Origin: Promethearchaeota archaeon
GTDB taxonomy: Archaea; Asgardarchaeota; Lokiarchaeia; Sigyniarchaeales; SOKP01
NCBI GenBank assembly: GCA_029838195.1
Contig: JALGVJ010000006.1
Span: 97,093-161,092, forward strand
Reading direction: 5' to 3'
Length of the DNA stretch: 64,000 bases
Shown in pieces: positions 58,057-64,000 of the stretch. Within the stretch, counting starts at the first letter, position 1. The number at the start of each line of letters is the position of its first letter. The notes beneath the pieces are model-generated. The model was not told the origin of the DNA and searched no databases. It saw nothing but the letters and a program-made list of their open reading frames with translations. A program made the translations under genes and the position numbers.

Positions 58057-60360
58057 TTAAACTTTAAGAATTTTTTCCAAGAGAAATAGTGATCCATTTT
58101 TATCCAATGGTTCATTTAAATTTCCGCATTTAGGAGAGATTATGCAACCGGGACAGCCATTTGGAGCCGTGCATTTACATTTTTTTATTAAATTGTACGT
58201 CATGTTAAATAATTCATTAATATTTTCAAATAGCATTTCTGAAATGCCAATCCCTCCTCGAAATGCATCATAAATGTATATAATGGGTTGTTGCTTTACG
58301 GGATCAAATTCAATGGATACGCCTCCTAAATCCCAACGGGAAATTTGGGCTAAAGTAGGCGCAATCGCAATCATGGCATGCTCTATGGCATGGATGGAGC
58401 CTCCAAGATCATGTCCTTTCAATTCTAATTCTTTTTGAAAGCTAAATGGGATTAAGAACCAAAAAGCTTGCGTATCGAATTCGATAAGGGGAATATTTTC
58501 TAATGGGTTGCGAGCAAGGATTTCTTGAGTCATTGAATCAATGATCTTATAAGAATAATATTGATGCTCCACCTTAACATTTCCAAAAAAACTTTCAATA
58601 TCCTCACGAGGACCAGCATTTTTAGATGAAAGAATTTCCAGCGTGGTAATGTCCGTGTGTTTAAGAGATTGCGTGTAAAAATCCACATCCGCTTTCGTTA
58701 TATAGACCCTTTTATTGTCAATATCCAAATATTCCACTAAATAAGTTTCTGCCTCATATAAATAGACTGCTCCTTGGTGCAAGTCTCGAAACACGTAGCT
58801 CTCATCTTCCAAAGTAAGCACGCTTTCCTTATTTCCGGATTTCAATATAATTTTATAACTCCTATTAGAAAGATTATTTAAACCATAGCGAGCGTTAGGA
58901 AAGAACTTGCCATTCCAATAATATTTCCCACCTCTCTTTATTAAAAGAGATTCTTCTTCCAATTCTTTTAAGTAATTCAAATAGGTTTCTTTATCTTCAA
59001 TTCCAAGCACGTCATACTCATTTTCTTGTAAAGGAATTTCTTTAGCAGCACAACAGAGATTATTTTTAATAATATATTTATTTTTTAAGGAGATCAATAC
59101 CTCTTCTTTAATGGGTCCAAAAAGCACCTCGGGATTATGAATGTAGAAGAAATCTAACGGGTTTTGCATGGGAATTAATGTGGAGATGGAAAGCTCTTCT
59201 CCCCTTCCGGAACGTCCTATTTGTTGATAAAAGCTGGAGATCGTCCCGGGAAATCCAGAGCAAATCGTAGCATCAAGAGTCCCTATATCGATGCCCAATT
59301 CTAACGCATTCGTGGAACTGATTCCCAAGATTTCCCTGTTTTTAAATTGAGACTCAATTTTTCTCCTGGTTGCCTTGCTAATTCCTGCTCGATAACTCGT
59401 GATTTTATCGCTCAGCTGGGGGAGCGCCTTTTTACTCCACATTGCTAATAATTCAGCCATTTTACGTGATAACGTGAAGGTTAAGGTCTGAATATCGTGT
59501 TTTAAATGAGAAATGAACAAATTTTTAGTTTCTTGATGGGGAGAGCGATATTTTTGGGAATATTCATCGAAGGGTAAGTCCCATAAAACCACGTATTTTG
59601 CGCCAGAAGGTGAATCATCTTCATCTATCACGTGAAATGTTTCGCCGGTCAATTTCTCGGCAAATTTTTTAGGATTATTAATGGTTGCACTTGATAAAAT
59701 CCACGTGGGAGTACAATTATAAGATTTTAGAATTCGTTTTAATCTTCTCAAGAGAAAAGCAAAATTAGATCCAAATATGCCTCGATACACGTGGATCTCA
59801 TCCAAGACGATATATTTTAAATTTTTCATGATTCTGGTCCATTTTTGGCGGAACCACGATAAATAATAATGCAAGCCATAAGGATTAGTAATGATGATAT
59901 TTGCTTCCTGGAGTACCTTCCGTTTTTCAGCAGGCTCTATATCTCCATCATAAACACCCACTCTGCTAGTTTTAATGCGAGTATCAGCCATGAGCGCCTT
60001 TAACACGTTAAATTGATCCCGGGCTAACGCTTTCGTGGGAAATATATAAATTGCTGTCATGTTTTCATCTTGTAAAAGCGAGTGAAGCACGCACAGATTA
60101 TAGCAGAGAGATTTTCCAGAAGCCGTAGAAGTGGAGATAACGCAGTTTTTCCCTTCGAGAATGAGATTAATAGCTTTAGCTTGATGCCCCCATAATTCGA
60201 TTTGATTATTTTTCAACCAACGAGAAAGCCGAGGATCTAAGGGTTTTTCCAAAGTTCCATATCTTGCTTTTTTGGGTGGAAAATACTGAACATGGGTGAT
60301 TTGATCGGCATAATACTCTTCAAATTTAATCGCCTCAAGGAATTGTTTGACATCGACCAT
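58057..60360 (-). CDS. SF2 DEAD/DEAH helicase with C-terminal DUF1998 (Hrq1/YprA/SftH family)
   Basis: TASGKS, PTKALARDQ, DEIH, SAT, TNALELGIDIG, QQIGRSGR, C-terminal CKC...GCPGC...C. Confidence 0.93.
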   Translation of the reverse strand: MVDVKQFLEAIKFEEYYADQITHVQYFPPKKARYGTLEKPLDPRLSRWLKNNQIELWGHQAKAINLILEGKNCVISTSTASGKSLCYNLCVLHSLLQDENMTAIYIFPTKALARDQFNVLKALMADTRIKTSRVGVYDGDIEPAEKRKVLQEANIIITNPYGLHYYLSWFRQKWTRIMKNLKYIVLDEIHVYRGIFGSNFAFLLRRLKRILKSYNCTPTWILSSATINNPKKFAEKLTGETFHVIDEDDSPSGAKYVVLWDLPFDEYSQKYRSPHQETKNLFISHLKHDIQTLTFTLSRKMAELLAMWSKKALPQLSDKITSYRAGISKATRRKIESQFKNREILGISSTNALELGIDIGTLDATICSGFPGTISSFYQQIGRSGRGEELSISTLIPMQNPLDFFYIHNPEVLFGPIKEEVLISLKNKYIIKNNLCCAAKEIPLQENEYDVLGIEDKETYLNYLKELEEESLLIKRGGKYYWNGKFFPNARYGLNNLSNRSYKIILKSGNKESVLTLEDESYVFRDLHQGAVYLYEAETYLVEYLDIDNKRVYITKADVDFYTQSLKHTDITTLEILSSKNAGPREDIESFFGNVKVEHQYYSYKIIDSMTQEILARNPLENIPLIEFDTQAFWFLIPFSFQKELELKGHDLGGSIHAIEHAMIAIAPTLAQISRWDLGGVSIEFDPVKQQPIIYIYDAFRGGIGISEMLFENINELFNMTYNLIKKCKCTAPNGCPGCIISPKCGNLNEPLDKNGSLFLLEKILKV

Positions 60361-60607
60361 GGTTTTTTAAAAAAAATTTTATTAAAATTATAAAGATAGA
60401 AACCTCACGAGTTTTTTGATTTTTTTATTTTGATCCAAAATAAGCAAATTAAATCTCATGATAAAATAATCAAGGAAGAATTTTGAATTTTTGTCCCTTT
60501 CTATTTGAAATTTGCTGATTTGTTCTTCAAATCATGGCATTTACCGGGAAAAAAATGAATGAAATGGAAAATAAAAATATAAGAATCTGAATTTATTTTA
60601 AACATAC

Positions 60608-61669
60608 ATGATAAAAAAGGCGTGGGTAAAATATGATATAGAGGATTTCCTAAAACGTCATGACGTGAATTTTGTTGTTGAAAATGCCCCTCAAATAAAA
60701 TATTCGATGAGAGAAAAGGAGCATGTCGCATATTCTTCTCTCTGGGGTGCTCTCATTTTAATTAGTTTACTTATCATTTTTATCATCGCTTGGTTTTCTT
60801 TTTTCTTCCAAGACATTTTATTTTTATACGCGTTTATTTTTGTTGGGGCGCTTTCGGGCATTTTAATTCCGACTTTTTTAAGAAATTATTTTAAGTCGAA
60901 CATTTCTATAATACCTCTCCAATGTTGGCTGGAGATTCATGAAGCAAAGCTAAACGATGAAGAGAGTTATACCTGTCTTAGTTATTATCCCATATTTTCT
61001 GGGAAACGTCATCCGAACAGAGCGAAAGATATTTTACTTAAATTATATCGAGATGAAATATACGGTAATAGAATTGACATTACTCAAGTAGAAATATATT
61101 TTAGAAAAGAGAACAAGGAGGGAAATAAATTAAAAAAAATAGGATATTTTTTCCAATACGGAAAAAATAGTTCTTTTTGGGAAGAAAATGTACTGGAAAA
61201 TCCGTGGAGATTTTTTCCCGCTGAAAATTATCCTGAAAATTGTTGTCTCATCCTCTCGAATTGGATGCATCAATATGAATGGGAAAAAGATTTATTATTA
61301 AATCCTGCCAAGGAAGAAGAAATGTCGCCATGGAACATTAAAACGTGGAAAAGCAATGAGATAAAACCCCTCACGGAAGAGTTCAAGAAAAAAATTTATT
61401 GGAAAGAAAGAGGGATGGATTCTTATCCTAAATTAAAGCCGTGGAAAAATGATTTTGAAGAAGCTGTTATTGAACTACCACTTATTCAGAGGGAATTAAA
61501 AGTGATAGAAGATGCCATAGAAAAAATTATGGGTAATAAAGCGGAAATAAATATTTTATCTGATATCGATCCCTATTTATCTCAATTCAAAACGTATTTT
61601 AGAGATCTAAACTTTCAGAAAACGATAATTAAAAGAGATGTTCTACGATCGAATCAATTTTTTGAGTAA
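60608..61669 (+). CDS. Hypothetical membrane protein
   Basis: Two TM helices followed by a Trp-rich soluble domain. Confidence 0.7.
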   Translation: MIKKAWVKYDIEDFLKRHDVNFVVENAPQIKYSMREKEHVAYSSLWGALILISLLIIFIIAWFSFFFQDILFLYAFIFVGALSGILIPTFLRNYFKSNISIIPLQCWLEIHEAKLNDEESYTCLSYYPIFSGKRHPNRAKDILLKLYRDEIYGNRIDITQVEIYFRKENKEGNKLKKIGYFFQYGKNSSFWEENVLENPWRFFPAENYPENCCLILSNWMHQYEWEKDLLLNPAKEEEMSPWNIKTWKSNEIKPLTEEFKKKIYWKERGMDSYPKLKPWKNDFEEAVIELPLIQRELKVIEDAIEKIMGNKAEINILSDIDPYLSQFKTYFRDLNFQKTIIKRDVLRSNQFFE

Positions 61670-61687
61670 TGAAAACCATGATTCTGA

Positions 61688-62587
61688 TTAAAGCGGTTTG
61701 CTTAAAAAATTCCAGAATTCTTTTTTCAATTTTAAGAGTGGCTTGCCCTTTAATTTTAGAACATGAATGTTTCTTTTCGCTACAAAAGGAGACCCCTCCA
61801 AGGGAATAATTTTTACTAAGCCGCCGTCTTCAGCTTTTTTAGCTACGATTTTACTAATAACGGAGATATAATTAGAAGTATTTACTGCTGTTATGATGGA
61901 ATCATTATCATTAATGACTAATTTCTGCTGGAGGTGGTTAAACTCCTTAAAATTCTTCTCAAAAACATCCCTTGTTCCGGAGCCTTCTTCTCTATTAATA
62001 AAGGGATATTTCAATATATCCTTGATTTTAATTTTCTCGTTTTTTGATTTTAAAATTTCATGAGAGGGCGAACAAATGAACACCAACTCATCCTCCGCCA
62101 ACGTCACAACATCGAATAAATCTTCCGATTGATCCATGAAACTTCCCACGCCGGCAAAATCCACCCGTTCTTTCTTTAATAATTCAATAGATTTTTGAGA
62201 ATTATTTATCAAAATATTAAATTCCACGTTAGGGTGCTTGGTTTTAAAGGAGGTAATGAATTTTGGTAAAATATAAGAACCGGGAATGGTTGATGAGCTA
62301 ATCGTGATTTCAGTGATCCTATTACTTCTCAAATCCATGAGTTCTTGCTGGCAACTATCAAATAATTCGAGAATCTTCTTGCCATATTTTAACACGATTT
62401 CTCCTTCTCTTGTTGGTTTAAATCTTTTCGTGGTTCTTTCAATTAAAGTGATATTACCAAAGTCTTTTTCTAATTGAGAAATTCTATGAGAGAGGGTACT
62501 CTGAGAAATGGTTAAATCTTTGGCTAATTTAGAAAAGTTTCTATATTCACATAATTTTATAAAATCCCGTAAATAATCGAGCCTCAT
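61688..62587 (-). CDS. LysR-type transcriptional regulator
   Basis: NFSKLAKDLTISQSTLSHRISQLE HTH; SSTIPGSYILP; REEGSGTR. Confidence 0.93.
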   Translation of the reverse strand: MRLDYLRDFIKLCEYRNFSKLAKDLTISQSTLSHRISQLEKDFGNITLIERTTKRFKPTREGEIVLKYGKKILELFDSCQQELMDLRSNRITEITISSSTIPGSYILPKFITSFKTKHPNVEFNILINNSQKSIELLKKERVDFAGVGSFMDQSEDLFDVVTLAEDELVFICSPSHEILKSKNEKIKIKDILKYPFINREEGSGTRDVFEKNFKEFNHLQQKLVINDNDSIITAVNTSNYISVISKIVAKKAEDGGLVKIIPLEGSPFVAKRNIHVLKLKGKPLLKLKKEFWNFLSKPL

Positions 62588-62848
62588 TCAAGTCACGAGA
62601 AAATATTTTTCGTTTTTAAAAACATGTCACGCTTTTTATATCGAGATCCATGCATTTGACATGAATTCAAATTAATTCAATCTCTTTTTGTTATGCATGA
62701 AAATATCTATTAAAAAATTTAAGTCTGATATTAAGGAAAAAAGGAATTCAATTTTATTAATAAATGAAATTGAAAATATTGATAAATGGTATTGAATTAT
62801 TTAATAATATATATTGAAAAGTTTAATTATTTAAAAAAAAAAAGTACC

Positions 62849-63208
62849 ATGTCCAAGGAGAAAAAAACCTTTACGATTGCAATTGGTTCGGGACAATATA
62901 CAAAAGAACGACCCTTTACCATGCTAAGATTTGCATATACGGCGCTTTTAGAGGGACATGAAATTAACATTTTTCTTGTAGAAGATGGAATCTGGGTAGC
63001 AAAAAAAAATCAAGATCCCTCAACTTATGATAATGTGGGAAAATGGTTAAAAGATGTAATAAATGAAGGAGCTAAAGTATTAGCTTGTGGAGTTTGCATG
63101 AAAGCTCGTGGTATGTCTGAAAAGGAGCTGATGGAAGGGGTTAAAAAAACGACGATGAATGGTTTTTTAGAAATGTGTGAAGAATCAGATAATATTATTT
63201 TTGCTTAA
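62849..63208 (+). CDS. DsrE/TusD family sulfur-relay protein
   Basis: IFLVEDGIWVAKK.Q, ACGVCMKARG; start placed at MSKEK. Confidence 0.88.
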   Translation: MSKEKKTFTIAIGSGQYTKERPFTMLRFAYTALLEGHEINIFLVEDGIWVAKKNQDPSTYDNVGKWLKDVINEGAKVLACGVCMKARGMSEKELMEGVKKTTMNGFLEMCEESDNIIFA

Positions 63209-63229
63209 AAAAAGAGGCGCAACAGCATT

Positions 63230-63457
63230 ATGGAAAAAGTGAAAATTTTGGATTGTTCCGGGTTGGTTTGCCCTCAGCCTGTGGCTAAAACTAAAAAAAT
63301 GCTGGAAATCATTAATCCTGGAGAAATAATTGAAATAAAAGGAGATTTTTGCGAAGCCGGGGAAAATATCAAAAGATACGCTGAAAAACACGGTCATGAA
63401 GTACTTGAATTTCAGGTTAAAGGAGATAACTATTTAATAAAAATACGAAAAAAATGA
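63230..63457 (+). CDS. tusA: TusA/SirA family sulfur carrier
   Basis: LDCSGLVCPQP motif. Confidence 0.88.
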   Translation: MEKVKILDCSGLVCPQPVAKTKKMLEIINPGEIIEIKGDFCEAGENIKRYAEKHGHEVLEFQVKGDNYLIKIRKK

Positions 63458-63654
63458 TTTTTTATTTTATTTTTCATCTTCTAAGTAATAATCAATCTAA
63501 AGAGTAAGTTCCCTCACACGCTGTATCAAACTTATCATTATTTCTTTTATTTTATTTAGAAGGGGGAAGTTCTTATCTTTCATTCATGAGTATTTCAGGA
63601 AAAAATCCAAAGTAAATTTTTAAGTAGAACATCATATCGCAAGAAAGATTAATT

Positions 63655-64000
63655 TTAGTGTTCTTTTGTCATTTGATTAAAAAAATTTTCAAGTTTATCT
63701 ATTTCTACGTCTTTTTTATTGTTTTCTTGAACATGAGGAGATAGAATAGGGATTACTTGATTAACTTGAGGATGATTTTCTAAAAATTCATGTTCTGAAT
63801 TGTTTAATAAAATTTTTTTGCCAGATTTTCTTTTTGAAAAATTAAATTGATGCATTATGGCTTGATTATTTAGTTCAATTAATTCTCGAGATATCCATTT
63901 ACGTTTTACTAACGGAATCTCTAAAACGAAAGGTGTTTCAATGGAATTCACTCGCAAGATGCACGTGCCTTTCTTTAGCATGGAAAGATAGCTCTTTTGC
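63655..64000 (-). CDS. C-terminal part of a protein running off the window (possibly HerA/VirB4-like ATPase)
   Basis: Frame is open to the window edge; YLSMLKKGTCILRVNSIETPFVLEIP resembles the end of HerA-type ATPase domains. Confidence 0.45.
   Translation of the reverse strand, partial: QKSYLSMLKKGTCILRVNSIETPFVLEIPLVKRKWISRELIELNNQAIMHQFNFSKRKSGKKILLNNSEHEFLENHPQVNQVIPILSPHVQENNKKDVEIDKLENFFNQMTKEH

Overview
AT-rich archaeal chromosome segment, almost certainly an Asgard archaeon (Lokiarchaeia-like). Evidence: five Ras/Rab-like small GTPase genes, longin/roadblock-type proteins, eukaryote-type ribosomal protein eL22, aIF2-gamma, aIF1A, Spt5, TFS, form III RuBisCO and the tetraether synthase Tes. 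Most of the window is housekeeping and metabolic genes; I found no CRISPR array, tRNA or transposase. The standout is a circularly permuted 5S rRNA gene at 32766-32887. Its canonical 3' half precedes its 5' half, the normal termini are joined by a UUCG tetraloop, and the new ends sit in a bulge-helix-bulge-like motif. Cleavage and ligation there would give a 122-nt covalent circle with the canonical CCGAACCCAGAA|GUUAA junction restored. Second, 52598-53449 encodes a circularly permuted (G3-G4-G5-G1-G2), tail-anchored Rab-like GTPase. Other points: a candidate ~140-nt structured ncRNA near 9.5 kb, an unannotated stand-alone lysW, an HhH-fused aIF2-gamma, Spt5 with acidic extensions, a probable CTG-initiated TFS, a SWIM-HD fusion, two inverted paralog pairs and two pseudogenes. 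All calls come from reading motifs by eye; no database search was run.
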